A stretch of 50,807 nt of DNA, filler included, from Trypethelium eluteriae (lineage: Eukaryota): assembly GCA_051942245.1 (NCBI GenBank). It is 2 parts of 2 records of this genome, joined end to end, with 100 filler letters (N's around TTAATTAATTAA, not from the genome) between each part and the next. Parts side by side here need not be neighbours in the genome. Positions count along the whole stretch, not along the records: positions 1 to 25,402 come from JAVECL010000376.1; 1 more part is not named here. The stretch is one strand, 5' to 3'. Below are positions 1 through 14,034 of the stretch, piece by piece. Both the position numbers and the translations under genes were made by a program. Positions within the stretch are counted from its first letter, which is position 1; each line of letters begins with the position of its first letter. The notes under the pieces were generated by a model, which was not told the DNA's origin, did no database searches, and saw only the letters and a list, made by a program, of their open reading frames with translations.

Positions 1-2434
1 CCCTCCTCCTCGTGCGTCCCATGTCTCCCCTCCCTCCTCTTCCCTGTCTGGACCCCCTGCGCGTGCTGCGACACCACGCCCGCCCCCGCAGCCACCACAA
101 GCACCAGCACCATCATGCGGCCCCACAGCCCGCTGACGACGCGGAACGCGAGGAGGGGCACCGCGAGCGCGAGCGGGAGGCCCCAGATCGCCCACCGCAC
201 GTCCCCCAGCGACGTGTCTGCCGTCGTCGTCATCGTCGTCATCGTCGTTGTTGTAGAGCCATGGTGGCGACGGGCGCTGGCGCTGGCGTGCGAGAGCGGC
301 GTGATGAGGTCTGCTGGCGCGCTGAGGAAGCGCGATTCGGCATCGACGAGCGGTTTCTGACTTGTGAGGTAGGACTCGTAGGTCGCGATGTCGGGGGCAG
401 CGGCGGGGGTGGAGGAGGAGAGGAGGGTGTGGTAGGAGGAGAAGGCTTGGTCTGTAATGGTGGCTCGTGTCAGCGGTGCAATCGATAGGATGTCTGCGTG
501 GGATGAAGAAGCCGGGGGTGGTGGTTTTGTCAAGGGATCGTTTCTGTGTCCGGCAGGCGGGCTGACTTACTGTACTGTCCAATCTTCATGAAGATCCGAC
601 CCAGGAGTTCGACACGGCGATGGTGGGCTTCGGTTCCGGCTTTGGCTTCGGCTCGGCGGGATGCCGGGAGGGACTTTTCTTTTCCGGCGGCCCTGGCGGA
701 GGCTTGGGCGATGCTTTCGTCGAGTCGGCGGAGCTCATCTTCGAGCTCGGCAACCTCGTCTTGGAGGTAGAGAAGAATACGATGGTTTAGATGTTCGAAC
801 TTGCGGTATATTGGCCGTAGTGGTCCGTTGGGGTCCGACTGGTCAGTTGACGAGAGCTTGGCAGCGAGTGCTTCGTATCCGACAAGGATAGTCTTGCTTG
901 GCTCGGGTGATTTGGTGAGAGATTGATTGCTATGAGCTCGAGCCTGTTGTTGTTCTGGGATACTACGAGCGTATTGCATCACTTGCTTGGGCTGATTTGA
1001 CGGTGTTTCGGGAGCGGATGCTGACGGATAGTAATAATCAGCTGCTGCACCGCTGTACTCGTCATTTGATCTCTGTGCAGGAAACCGAGGGAAGGACTCG
1101 GCATGTTGATAGTAGGCCTGCATAGCAGCCTGATGTTGGCGTTGATGTCTTAGAGCCTCGTCGTATTGATGTCTCAGGTAGTCAGCCCTGTCTTCATACT
1201 GGTAATCTTCTGTCAATGGAGCGTCCATTCCTTCGCGTTGCTCACTTCTCCCCGACGAGCCTCGATCAGTGTCTATCCCATCTCGAGTGTTGGACTGGCG
1301 TTGGCCGCCGCGTCGACTCCTCAGACTTCTTTCAGAACTGCTGCCGCGGACAGAAGCAGTATCGTCTGATCTAGCTTTTTCGTGGACATTCCATCCATCG
1401 CGAATCAGCCGCGTGCGATGCATTGATGGTGAAGGGGATGAAGATGTTACAGACGTGGCCGGCGTGTGCGAAGACCCTGCATCTGAGCCTGCGTATGCTG
1501 AAGAAGAAGAGCTCGTGTGGGACGCCTCAATGTTGTTTTCCTCTGGGACATCAGGGACCATGAAGGCGAAAACGTTCGATCGGTCCATAGCATGATTGGT
1601 CCGACTTCCCATTGCTGAAGGACTAACGCTGCGTTCACATCTGCGCGTAGAATGTCTGTTATGTTCACCAGAACGCCGCCGCCTCTCACTACTAGACTTG
1701 TCGTATGATCTCTGTGTGATAGTCGAGCCGCTGCCACTCGAGGTTCCGGAGGAGTTTGTTGCGCCGGAGACAACGGAAAGCATCGAGGGGTTCATCAACA
1801 GCTCCGCCCTTCGCTGCTGTGAACGATGTCTGTGTCGAGTTGCTCTGCGCTCTGCCACGTCGTTCGCTTCAATTGAACCACTCCGATTTGATCGAACCGA
1901 ATAGAGATTTCTTTCTGACCCAGAGGTGACCGATCCTGATGACCTTCTCCTGCTAGACGAGTTCTCCTTGTTCTCTAGTATTCTGCTGAGCTTTGGAAAG
2001 AACCCTAAGACGTCTTGACCACTTCCTGCACCCTCCTCCCGAACAGTTCCTAATTGACTTGATGATATTGTCTTGATGCGCCTCGAACTGGTGTTTGCTC
2101 TCTGGGTCGGAGTTGGTTTACCCTTCCGTCGTGGACGATCTTCATCAATGTCCTCCCAAGTCGGTGACGCGGGTCGCGAAGACTGCTTCGTCTTCTCCTC
2201 TATACGCTGCTTTGGTCTCTTTGCTCTTGAACTGGAGATTGAAGATCCCTTTCGCGCGGGAACATTCGTCGGTAAGTCCGCCAGGGTCTCCCTCGAGCTG
2301 GAGTGTTGGGGTGTTTCATCCAGTGTTTTGAGGTCGCGCTCAGCCTGCGCAGATCACAATCAGATAGTCAGTTGAGTTCGTAAGGTGAAGGGCATCGATG
2401 CTCGATTGATGAGGTGTTTAGTTCATCATACCAT
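1..2434 (-). CDS. DUF6594-like protein (long disordered N-terminus, C-terminal TM helices); 3' end runs off the window
   Basis: ATG at 2434, intron 2345-2431 (GTATGA..CTGAC..CAG), open frame 2344-571 containing RPIYRKFEHLNHRILLYLQDEVAELEDELRRLD, intron 452-570, then NQAFSSY..DIATYESYL..PLVDAESRFL and hydrophobic helices; no stop before base 1. Confidence 0.8.
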
Positions 2435-2938
2435 TACAGACGCTGAATGTGCAGGCCTGAGTTGGGCAACGCTACACGTCTAGAGTGGGACCGGAAACAA
2501 GGCGAAAGAGAACCATCAGGCGAGATGCAGCTAACCGTAAGGAATGTCAGGACGCCATGAGAGGGATGGACAGGTTAAGCCCAAAGCGATTGCTTGCATG
2601 TTTGGTGACGGCAGCATGAAGGAGATATGGCGTGCGGGAAGTCTGTGGCACAAGAGAGGCTGCCACTACGCGGGCGAGTTGGAGACTTCAGGGATGGGCC
2701 CTGTGGTTTCGAGGAGGGCTGAAGCCAGTCGCCGTCGATGTCCGACAGACAGCGTGCATAATTTCTATAAGCTGACGATCACTCACTCCCCGAGTCCACT
2801 CACTCCGGTCTCAATGCTCCACCCCGACCGATCCAAGCCCGATTTGTCCGCTATTTATGGCGCCCAGCTTCGTGGTTGCCCGCAATTGGTGATCCTACGC
2901 TACGAATCCAAGATGTCTCGAAATTGACCCTCTCGACA

Positions 2939-4806
2939 TCAAAACCGGCTAATGTCTCTCCCAAACACCCAATTGATAAACCTGTAGGCGATCAGTACAT
3001 TAACAACGGGCAACCCTTGTGACTTCTCTCATCAGACTCACCAGTAGATAGGTATCAAAAGTCTGTTCCGCCAACTGATGCTTTTAACCAGGTACGCCCC
3101 ACGCCATACTAACCACGCGGTTCGACCAGATATGTTCCCGCCGCCGCCGCTCTGCATGATGGCATTCCATCCACCAACGTACGCCTGCAAAGGTGTCAAT
3201 CATCGGCTACATGATAAGGTTCAAACCAGACAATACGAACCATAACGCCAAGGTTCTTCCACTTGAAGGGCTTCGCTTCCAGGTCGCCTTTGTTTAGCCT
3301 TGCTGCAAGCCACTCGGCCTTCTGACTCGCGACCTGAGCTGTCGCAGGGTACACAGTACCTTCAATTGTAGCACAATCACCCAATGCAAACACGTTATCC
3401 AGTATACCTGTCGGCTTCTCTCCCCCTTTACCTTCAGGCTCTAATGTTAGCTTCAAGTGGTCGTCAGTGACGATTCCACCGGTCTTCGGATCCCTTCGGA
3501 CCAGCCATTGCGGGTGATCCACTTCATTCACCTGTGACTTATCGTATCGCATGTGCATCCTAGGAAAAGATTGAACTTTGCTCATGGCATGCTCAACGAA
3601 AGGATTCATCATCAAGCCCGTGGACCACACCACCATTCCGACCCCAAGTTCTCCTTCTTCTTTGACTTTGACCGTAAAGCAAGTGAGGGGATCTCTAATA
3701 GATTGATTGCCCTTCTCTGGACCCGGGAAACCTCTTCTTAACTCCTGAACATGATGTGAAGTCTTAATCTCGATCCCTTCTCTGGCGAATCTGCCCATGG
3801 CGTATTTTGCCAACTTTTCGTCGAACATGGAGAGCACCCTGGGGGCGACGTCGTATACAGCGATGGAGTAGAACGGCATGAGTTCGGGATAAATTCTGGC
3901 CAAATCTTCTTTGATGATATCATGCATCTCAGCAGAGAATTCTATACCTGTGGGCCCACCTCCAACGACCACGAATCTCAATAGCTGCCTTTTCATTTCA
4001 TCTGATGTTGTGGGAAGTGATGCTGTCTCAAAACAAGCTAGAAGTCTCTTTCGAATCTTCCGTGCATCTCCCACGTCTTTTAGGAATAGCGCGTTTTCTT
4101 TGATACCAGGTGTGTTGAATGTCTGGCTGTAGCAGCCTACTGCTATGATTAATTTGTCATAGCTGATTGTGAACAATTGCCCTTTCTGTGCTTCTACTTT
4201 CTTTTCTTTCTCTCTCTCTTGGGGCGACTCGCCAGCATGTCGTTCTGTTGTGAGTGTAAGTCCCTGATGAGGGTCGTCTACTGCCTCCTCAATTGTGATC
4301 TCCCTTTTGTTAAAATCGACGCTGTCTGCCCAGCCTTGAAAAAAAGATAACCGCGATCGTCGATTACGGACTGGCTCAAGTGCAGTGCGGAATTCGAGAG
4401 TACCAACAGAGGTAGACGCGAGGAGGGGTGTAAAAACGAAATAGGAACGAGGGGATACGATGACAGCCTGGTATTTCTTTGGGTCAAGGTTCTGAGCAGC
4501 AGTATAGCCTGCCCAGCCTGGGAAAGCATTAATCAATAATGCAAGGAAGGACTCGCTCAGCAATATTCGCACGCACCAGAGCCAAGAACCACAACCCTCT
4601 CTCTGCCTTTGCAAATGTTTCAGTATGGATTTTCACGATTGCCCATTACTTTACCCACCATCTTTCCTGGATTCAAGCTCGCCAACAGATATCTTGCGAG
4701 TCTGCAGCCATTGTCGCTGTTTCGTCGCGCTCATACATCGTCGTGGTAATACTTCGGTGAAGTTAGGGAGTTTATTTAGCTGCGCCCGCTGTAATGCTAG
4801 CGGCAT
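2939..4806 (-). CDS. Type II (alternative) NADH:ubiquinone oxidoreductase, mitochondrial-type
   Basis: Spliced RERVVVLGS/GWAGY Rossmann motif, FTPLLAST, second motif VVVGGGPTGIEF, FALGDCA, PATAQVASQKA, C-terminal exon WVFGRDISRF* (TGA at 2939-2941). Start may instead be the ATG at 4954 via one more intron. Confidence 0.9.
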
Positions 4807-5455
4807 GATGCCCTGAGCGACTTTGAGGCACAGCTTTGGCAACGCAATGCCCGTAATTGGATTTCTGCCTCCATAATTACGACCTAGATGAAAAATATCT
4901 GAATCAACATGTTGTAAACGTGACGTAGAAAGGGATTGGCGGCAAACCTTCCATCTCTGGATTGGCTTGCCCGATGGCCCGCTGCATGTCCCCTGATCGC
5001 CGGGGCCCGAGGCACTCTACCGAGATTCTGGGATGCTGATCTGGTTTACCAAGTGAAAGACCAAACTACAACTTGGGTTCACTTTAATTTTGTTTATCGA
5101 GCAAGTCTTCGATGAGAGCTTACCCATGATTACATATTTATACTAGCAAGATAACATGCTCCCCAAGACTGCCACGAAAATGATTCGGAATCCGGGTGTC
5201 CCCTCATCGGCAAGCTGACATGTGCAATTGTTGGGCAGCTCAGAAAGAGTCAACATGTTCAAACCCTATTATTGTAGACTGATCGAAACGAATAAAAAGA
5301 AAGGAGAGTGTTGTTGAGATTGCCGGCCGTATGGGGATCCGTAATTGGCCTGCCTCCAGAGCTGGATCCACTGTGAGAGTGCATCCTAAGTAAGCACCGA
5401 ACGCCTACGTCCAAGCCTTCACTTACTCAGCTCTAAGCCGCGGGCATGTTGTCGA

Positions 5456-6527
5456 TCACAGTAGAGTATCTCCCAAGGCGCAGCGGACAATCGAACATCC
5501 AGCTCTTATCGTCTCCGTCGCTCCCTGCGCCTCAAGACTCGGGTTGACCTCGACGAGGTCCAAGGCGACCAGGCTACCCGTCCCATGTACGCACTCTGCA
5601 ATGAAGTCGCCCTCCCGGAGAGTAAGTCCACCACGTACGGCAGTGCCAGTGCTAGGCGCCCACATGGGGTCCAGAGCGTCGATATCAAAAGAGAGGTGGA
5701 TAGGGGTATCGCTGCCTATCCAGCCGAGCGCCATGTCCATGACCCTACCGATACCGTGACTGGCATGAATGAGAATTTGATTCCATGCTTGATGGTATCT
5801 TGCTTACCGATCAATATCATGCATCGAGAACGCCTTGATACCATTCTCCTTCAGAATTTTTTTCTCTTCTCTGTCAACGTCCCTTAATCCAATATACACC
5901 AGTTTCCTTGTACTGATGGTCTGATTGTCCTTGATCCAGCCAAACACATCTTGCCGTTCTTCTCTCGCTAGCCGTGTCAAAAAGGCAACAGGCATGCCGT
6001 GGATATTCCCGCTGTCGGACGTCTCTGGCGTGTTGATGTCCGCGTGCGCATCTACCCAGATGACTGCAATTTCCCTGCCTAGCCGCTCACGTATTGCTTG
6101 TGCTGTACCAGAGATGCTACCGATTGCAATGGAGTGGTCTCCGCCAAGTGTGAGGACAAAGCGACCTTTGGATGCGTGCTCGTAGACTTGCGCGCTAAGA
6201 GCGCGCGTTACTGCGCTGACAGCGAGAGGTTTTTTCATGTTCCGATAATCGGGATCCGAGGTCGGCATCAATTCATTGTAGGCGTGGACTTTGTCATCGT
6301 AGGTAACATTATATTTCAGGTCATTCTTGATCTGCTCGACGATCCCGGCATCTATAAGCGCCATGGGCGCGGCATCGACACCTGGTTTGCACTGAGCTGC
6401 GTCAGCCTCTAATGTGAGAATCGTGGACCATATCGCCAATTACTTGACCACCAGAGAAGCCCACCGCAACAAGACCGAGCTCATTTCCGCTTGGGAGGAA
6501 CTTTGGCTGTATCGTTGGAGCATCCAT
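5456..6527 (-). CDS. CAR1: Arginase
   Basis: GFSGGQ N-terminus, GGDHSIAIG, WVDAHADINT, SGNIHGMP, SFDIDALDP, DLVEVNP; two GT-AG introns (~6397-6443, ~5760-5807). Confidence 0.95.
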
Positions 6528-7022
6528 TGCGGTAATATTGTCGTAAGACAAAGTTTAACTACCCGGATACCTAGGGTAGGTTCGTCAGGGTTTTCACTGG
6601 CTTTGTTTATTTTTGGAGGGGCAACGGTGGGGTTACGCCGATCTCAGCGGAGTTAGACCCGAAGACGAGCTAAGGCAGGTCCTTAGGCAATTACTGGATT
6701 TCAGAAGCAAGGCAATAATGTGGCGCCCACTATACCACATTAATTTTGGCTATGACCGTTACGAAATGAAGTGTAATGTAAGGGATCTGCAGAGGGTGGA
6801 TCGTGAAAAAGCGAGCAAACGAGGAGTACTGGTGAATAATGATGTGGATTCTCTTGATCGGTTGAGACAATAATATACTAATGGAAACTTTTGGAAATTG
6901 AGATTGATTGATTAAATACGTTTCTGGCGAGGTGAACCATCTACTAAGAGAATACTCACCCGGACATTGTATTGTCTCCCGTGGGAATATCCAATAGTAT
7001 GTTCTGTAATGTAGCGGACAAC

Positions 7023-8470
7023 TTACTGCTGCCCGCTCGGCACTGGATGTGGACCATATCCAGGCCTGGGAAAATTCGGTGTACCATCTGCGTTCCACGT
7101 GAATTTTTGGGCGCGAATTGTCCGCGCATTCCAGCCGTTGAAAGGATTCTGCATCCCGTGGTACACAATCCAGTCCTCAGTGCCATCCGGGCTCTTCACG
7201 AAACTTGCATGACCAACACCATATACCTCCGCCATGGGATTTTGATAGAAAACGCAGCCTTGGTTGTTTTTACGCCAGTCGTCGAAGTTCATTGGGTCGG
7301 GGCCAACAAGCTCCAATTGCCCGAGACAGTAATTGCGGTTGTCAGATCGAGCAGCGCTGTAGATGACAAATTGTTGTCCAGTTTGCGGATTTATTAATTG
7401 CTGTGGGCCTTCATTGGACGAAAGCCGGACATTGAAAGGCCTGCCGTAGGGGGTCTTCTCCCAAGGGTTATCAGGCACGGAGAGAATCACACGCTGTGTA
7501 AAATTGGATTCGACTGTCAATGGATCAGACATCTTTGTGATACAAAGATTGGCTGGCCACCCGTCATATTGACGATACCAACAACTGTAGATGTGGTAAA
7601 GACCAGTTGAATGCTGGAAGTAGGTTCCGTCTATGGCAAATTGATCGTAGGTATTCAGCTGTGCGGCGATCGTATATGTCGACTCCCAAGGGTCGGACGC
7701 TGAGCCTTGCAACACATACATTCTGTGATTCACCGCTGGACACGTGTAATCGCAGTACATATCCGTCTCTGGTGGTGGGCTATCCGAGGCTGGGTCTGCC
7801 GTGAAAATGACATACCAAGTACCTCCGATCTGGTGGATTTCGGGAGCCCATAAGTCCGTTGAGTAGTTCTGGCCCATCGGAGGATTGAATATAAGCTTGA
7901 CGTCGGCATCGTTCCAGTCTCTGCAATCTATCAGTCCGAAGCTTCCAAAGCTATCGTCCATTGTCATGTCCAGAACTGGTTTCAATCCCGGAGTGTTTAG
8001 AAGGGGAAAAATAGAATTTCTTACGTTAGGACTTTGCTTCGTAGGAGTGTAATGTTGTCTGTTGTTGTGTATGTCATGTAATACCAGCCGTCATACTGAA
8101 CCACCCATCTATCAACCTGTTTAGCTTTTCGAAGTCAGCTATCGAGAAACAACACTCACGGATCGGCGCCAACAGAGTTGAGGATCGGGTTTGTGTATGT
8201 TGCGCCCCCGGCAGAAGACGTTGCGCTTGAGTTAGCTGCACTGGAGCTGGCAGAGGAGATCGTGCTGATGCCCCCGGAAACTCCTGCAGTAGTAATGATT
8301 GATGTTCCAGAGCCACTGGTAGATACCGGGGACGTAGGATATCCAGATAGGCTCGTTACGCTCGCGGACGCCGCTGAGGTATTGACTCCATACGGAGCAG
8401 AATATGGAGAGACCTGACCAGAGACAGAGCACAGACAACTGGCTGCCAAGAAAACATATCGATAGAACAT
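7023..8470 (-). CDS. Secreted glycoside hydrolase family 43 (arabinofuranosidase/arabinanase-like) with Ser/Thr-rich N-terminal linker
   Basis: Signal peptide MFYRYVFLAASCLCSVSG; YTNPIL..GADPW across an intron, WAPEIH, FAIDGTYF, NEGPQ, GVGHASF, DWIVYH. Confidence 0.9.
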
Positions 8471-9080
8471 GGTGACAAGGTGAGTAAGGAGGTCGAGGGA
8501 GGGAGAGAAAAGGAAGAGAATGACGTATCTTATAAACAAAACCCACATGAGCGAATGCACGGCTGCATGGTTCCTGTACAATTGACCCTAAGGCTCACCA
8601 AACGCCTTCGGATGATGGCCCAGCGACGAATCCCCCGCATGGTCCTGGACTGTTTTGGTAAAGTCATGGGGAAATTGGTAGCTTTCCGCGCGGTATCTCC
8701 CGTGCCCCTGCAGTGTGACGTCGTTCTTATTTGTGCTCGATCTCAGCCGTCTCCTTCTGAGAGCCGTGCCCACTTACATAGCGACGTTTGGATCTTCAAT
8801 GCAACGTCTATCCATAATTTGTCGCAATTTCGCTTCTTAGAGCAAGGGTTGAGGCTTCGGTGGTTCACTGCAGATTAAGCTGGGGCTGGTCCCTACGCGT
8901 CGCGCATGTTGCGCTAGCGCCTCCTAGACAACCGGGGACAAGCAAGATCGCCGAGAATCTTATCTTGATCTATCATCAAGTCACCGAACCCGCGCTCTAT
9001 TTGGGTCAATATCACGGCCACGCTCAAGCATTCCAATAAAAGAGGGTCCTTTGCTCAATGACGATTCTCCACCGGTCAGG

Positions 9081-10775
9081 ATGAATAACGAACAGTTTCG
9101 ACGGCTCGTCAGTGACACACCGGCAAGATCTAAAGATGGCACAAATCAGAACTCCAAATCGCCTGCTGTATCATTGGGTTCACGGATGCGCTCTGCCATA
9201 CCTATGACACCGTGCGTCCTTCTTTCACTCATAAATCCGCTCTATGGTAGACTTTGCTGAAAAGGCTAAAGGCGTGTCGTCAAGGGCTCCACAGGAATCG
9301 ATTTTACCCGCCAAGTCGCCGAACGCGATGCAGCTTCCCGTCCCATCAAAAAGTTCCGATCATCTGTCCCGAAAGGCTCCAAACTAGCTGCTGGATATCA
9401 TGATAGAACGAAGGATAGGAATGGTGAAGAGGACGATGATAAAGCGAAACGCATCCGTGCGCTTGAAGAAACCTTTAAGCTGGGCCAGATAGACCAAGAA
9501 CTTTTCGAGAAGCTAAGAGACGAGATTGCTGGAGGAGATATTGGTTCAACCCACTTGATCAAAGGCCTTGATAGAAAATTGCTGGAGCGTGTAAGGCGTG
9601 GCGAGGATGTCTCGCGGCCAGATCCAGGCTCAGAGAGCAAGGACCAGTCTACTGAGGATCCATCAGCGGACATTGACGATGAACTTGAGCAGTTAGAAAA
9701 GCAAGAATCTACCCCCAAGGTTAAGCAGAAAGCAATCAAGAAATCAGAGATGGCGCCACCTCCGCTGGTAGCTGGAGCTAAACGAAATCGAGATGCTATT
9801 CTGGCTGAACTGAAAGCTGCCAGGAAGACTGCTGCGCAGGCGAAAGAGGCTAGTAGGCCGTCTTTGGGGCCCAAGTTCCGCAAGATTGGTGACACCGACA
9901 CACAAGCGAGAATCGAGCGTGATGCGCAAGGACGTGAAGTCCTCATCACCGTAGACGAAGACGGAAATGTGAAACGGAAGGTCCGCAGAGCCAAAGTGGA
10001 AGGCAACGAGATAGTCGAGGCTCCTGTGCCAATCAACAATACCACGCCTATCGGAATGGAGGTTCCTCAGCCGCCACCAGAACCAGAGGAGGAAGAGGAG
10101 GATGATATATTTGAGGGAATTGGGACTGACTACAATCCACTTGCTGGACTTGAGGACGAGGATGAGGATACTTCTGACTCGGAAGAAGGATCTGAATCGC
10201 CAAATGGAGTTGAACAACGGCCGCGTGCTGATTCCAAGGAGAAAGACTCAGTGCCATCTAAAGATGGATCTCCAGTGTCCGCAGCGGCAGCAGACAAGCT
10301 TCCTAAATCAAACAACTATTTCTCCAACACATCCAGCAGTGTTGATCCCGCCAAAACCCTGGATCCAATGCAGGATCCCACAATTCTTGCGGCTCTGAAG
10401 AAGGTCCAAAAAATGAAGCCGGTGGACGAAGACTCTGATCTTGGCGCTGGAGAAGACCCACGCTCTCCAAACGATGAAGATCACGAACGTGAAGCTCGTA
10501 TTCGCCGTCGTGCAGCCATGCTTGCTACAGCTGATCGCGATCTCGAAGACATGGACATGGGGTTTGGGTCCTCGCGTTTCGGGGATGCGGAGGAAGCAGA
10601 AGAGGGAGGAAAAGTCAAGCTGTCTGAATGGAAAGGTGCAGGTGGAAATGACGATGACGAAGGTGAAGGTGAAAATAGAGGAGGAAAGAAAAGGAAGAGG
10701 GGCTCCAAGAAGAAAAAAGGGGATAAGAACAGCACGGCGGATGTGATGAAAGTGATTGAGTCACGGAAGAAATGA
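9081..10775 (+). CDS. RED/IK-like N-terminal domain protein (spliceosome-associated)
   Basis: MNNEQFRRL start, intron ~9212-9271, GGDIGSTHLIKGLDRKLLERVR motif, DDIFEGIGTDYNP, Lys-rich C-terminus. Confidence 0.8.
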
Positions 10776-10952
10776 TATTGAAGGGACTAAATCTCCAAGG
10801 CCACAGCCATGGAGATTCCAGAACAGAGGGTACAGTCTTATATATGGAGGGTAAACTCTAGTATCACATTGATGGGTGAAATTACATGTGGCGAACACCT
10901 CCTGCTCACTCGCCAAATATCCCTCAAGTCCCTGCGCCAGCGTCCGAAGTCT

Positions 10953-11928
10953 TTAATCTAGGTCCGCCGTGACATTTGAGAACTCCCCTTTCTCCAACTT
11001 CGTCTTCCAGAATATCGGATTCGTATCATTAAATCCATGTTTCACCCACCCATCTTCCTTCACATGGTATAAATTGATGAAGCCACCGGAGAAGGCATCA
11101 CGATGTGTCGCAGCCAGAATACTCCGACGTCCCAGTTCTAGTGCCTCATTCTCTGAGAGGTCATACCGATACTCTGCGTCCAGCACCCCGTATGCAAACG
11201 TTTGCCCGGATCCAACACAGAAGAGGTTCCCTGCCAGTCGCGTGCCGTCGCTGTCAATGTAGTAGAGCGCGGGACCCTCCTGTGGTGTCACACCGGCACA
11301 CATTGTTCCCATACTGAGGCCGTAACCTTTGTAGGAGTATACGAGGTTAGCGAGAATCTTGGAGGCGGCGGCAACAGAGATGCGGCGTTTGTGTCGGAGT
11401 TCATGGAGACGGCACTGCATGCCAAGGTAGGCGAGCCAGTATTGGCAGTCCTAGCATTGATGTCAATAGGAGAGAAGGCTAGGATCGAGAGTTGTGTGGT
11501 ACCACTCACAGCTGCACCGCCTGCCATGGTTCCTAGTAGACAGTTGTTGATCTCAATGACTTTCTTTACTGTCTGACTTGCAATCCAGTTTCCTGCTGTT
11601 GCTCGAGAATCGGTTGCCACTATTATACCACCCTGGAATCTGAATGCTAATGTCGTGGTACCATGCGCGATCTTAATGGGACAGTTTGGGTTGGCATGGT
11701 CGTCGGTCATCGTTCGCAACCATGATGAAGGCTACAAATCCTCATTAGCTTAGAAACTGTAGTTTGAGTTTGAAACATAGCTGTCATATAACCTACCTGA
11801 GCTATTGGTGGCAGTGCGAATTTGAGAGAAAGTGGAGGAAGAGCTTCCATAAGCTCTTCTTGTTCATCTTGATCGAGAGGCTGATGCTGTGACGGGGGTG
11901 CCGAATATCTTGCGACCAAGGTATCCAT
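10953..11928 (-). CDS. PRE2: 20S proteasome subunit beta5 (chymotrypsin-like)
   Basis: Propeptide followed by [12 protein letters not shown] catalytic Thr site, [15 protein letters not shown](DC), [16 protein letters not shown]; two introns. Confidence 0.96.
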
Positions 11929-12214
11929 AGTGGAGTCAGTGCCAAAGGCAAGCCCAAGTCAGAATGGAAGAATGGGAGCTATCAGGTTGACGGAGGCGCT
12001 GTTGGAGGTTGAACAGTAGTAGAAAGACCAAACGGAAGCTGTCGTTGCTCTTTCCAGGCACACGCTTCCGCATCATCGCGTCTCATCAGGTCCATCGAAG
12101 CTAGTAAAGTCACGTGTTACTAGATTGACCCCCGATCTTCCTCTAAACTACGTAATACACCAGGCTCTCCGCAAAGCAGCATTCCGTAACTTGCAATAAC
12201 CAGCTTCGAAAATC

Positions 12215-13405
12215 ATGACCGAGATGGACGAGGAGGCTGCGCAACCGGTTTTTCGTGCGGCCAAGCGTCAGAGAATATGGCGTAGGCGCTCGAGCGAACA
12301 GGAAGGCCATGCCGCTTCTTCCAATGCGACAGAGGAAGCTACAGGCGAGACTCTCACTTATTCCGATGGGACTGGAACCAAACATAACGACGGAACCAAA
12401 TTCGAGCATGGAGAGCAAGAGGCAGCCGTTACAGCTTCTCCAGTCGTCTTGCGAGGGCAGAGGCTTGCAAAGGTCCGAAAGAGTGGCATTAGTTTCGCAA
12501 AGAATAGGATCGAGTCGCAACAACGGGAGCAGTCCTTAGAGCCATCGATGGAGCGAGTACCATCGACAATTGAGCAGGCAAATAGCAGATTTGTGCCGCA
12601 GATGGGCTTAATGACGCAAGAAACCATAGAAAATTGCGAGAGGCACATGTAAGTCTTCGCCCAAGCACATTGCTGGCAACGATGCTTAGAGGTCAGTAAC
12701 TAATGACTTAAGGGCATCATATGTAGACTCGAAAATAGCTGAGATACGTGGATGCGCAGCATCTTCAGAGACCGGGAAATCTATATCAATCCAAGACCTG
12801 CCTCGACATGTACCCCTACCTGGAAATGGACAAGTACAAAAACCAGCGACTGAGTTTGAAGCCCTTCAGGAGGTCGACCTGGGACCCGAATCTATGTTGC
12901 AGAACATTGCACGAACGGAAGCTGCAAGAAGAAGGCTGGCGACGGGGGATTCACTCGATTCTAAGCCAGAATCAAGCAAAAAAGTCAAGTTGGGTAGGGA
13001 CGGCAAACCACGCAAAAATCGCAATAGAAGAGACAGTGTGGACATGAAAAGAGACGAGATGGTGGAACAGCTGATGCGGGAAACTCGACGTACGCAGCCA
13101 TCCAAGATCCGAATCGCAAATATGCTAATAGTGGGACGACAGTTGGGCTGTTTCAGGAACCCGAAGCTCGAAATGAACCGGATGATGGCAAGGCAACAGA
13201 TGACAGAGTGGCACATCAATTTTGGCAGGAGTATATGGAACAAGTCAATTTCAGGAATATGCGAAAGGCGGCAAATAATGCTCCAGCACCTTCTAATAAA
13301 GCTGCAAAGGTTGAAGCAAATCAGAAAGGACCAAAGCTGGGTGGAAGCCGAAGCGCCAGAGCAGCAATGAAGGCACAGGAAGAAAAGGGCACGAAGAAAT
13401 CATAG
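12215..13405 (+). CDS. C9orf78/Tls1-like (Hep_59 domain) splicing-associated protein
   Basis: RFVPQMG..ERHM, EVDLGPESMLQNIARTEAARRRL, RRDSVDMKRDEMVEQLMRE, ATDDRVAHQF, KGPKLGGSRSARAAM; introns ~12649-12711 and ~13090-13142. Confidence 0.75.
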
Positions 13406-14034
13406 TTTCTTAAGCGCCATAAGCAGTATCATCCGATCTTGATCTTTTCGAGCTGATCCTGTTGCGAATGGAGTGAAAACTAGATATGACGATCAGGTGA
13501 TAACCACCTAGTTCGGCTATTGACTTCTTCCTGGTGGAATCTACTAGGTTAGGTGAGCACGGTGAGGTAGATATTGCGCAGACCCCTGCCGACACCTAAC
13601 TTAACTAAGCCGTGTGGGGTAATGGGTCGCGTGCTCGACCGTGCCATGGTGCATGGTAGTACGAGGCATGATGGACATTCGCTGATGCCCATCGAAATCG
13701 GTCGGACACTTGAATTTCGCATCGGCTCCGTTCTGGCCGCACCAATCGTCGCTACTCCCATGGTATGCAAAACTCGCATTCGAGCTCCATGAATCCATAG
13801 ATGTTGCGCGGGTCGGCTTTAAACGGACTAGCGCAAACTCGACCTTCGACAACGAAGGCTTTTCCTGGCCTGCGTCTATCCCACTTTATCTAGTACCTCT
13901 TCCCAGGCTCTAGCCCTGTCAATTGACCCGCACCCGACTCGACAGTCTGCTCTCCGTTGAGTCCATAAATGGCCCTCGCCTCGCTGCGCCCTTTGCACTT
14001 GCCGTAGTCTTCGCCGCTTCACCGATTGACTCAA

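Noticed and set aside
12..488. His/Arg-rich 158-aa + strand ORF
   Set aside because: Antisense to the last exon of the DUF6594-like gene in a GC-rich, stop-poor tract.
9398..10735. Long minus-strand ORFs opposite the RED-like gene (and similar shadows opposite other core genes)
   Set aside because: Antisense shadows of well-supported genes, with no motifs of their own.
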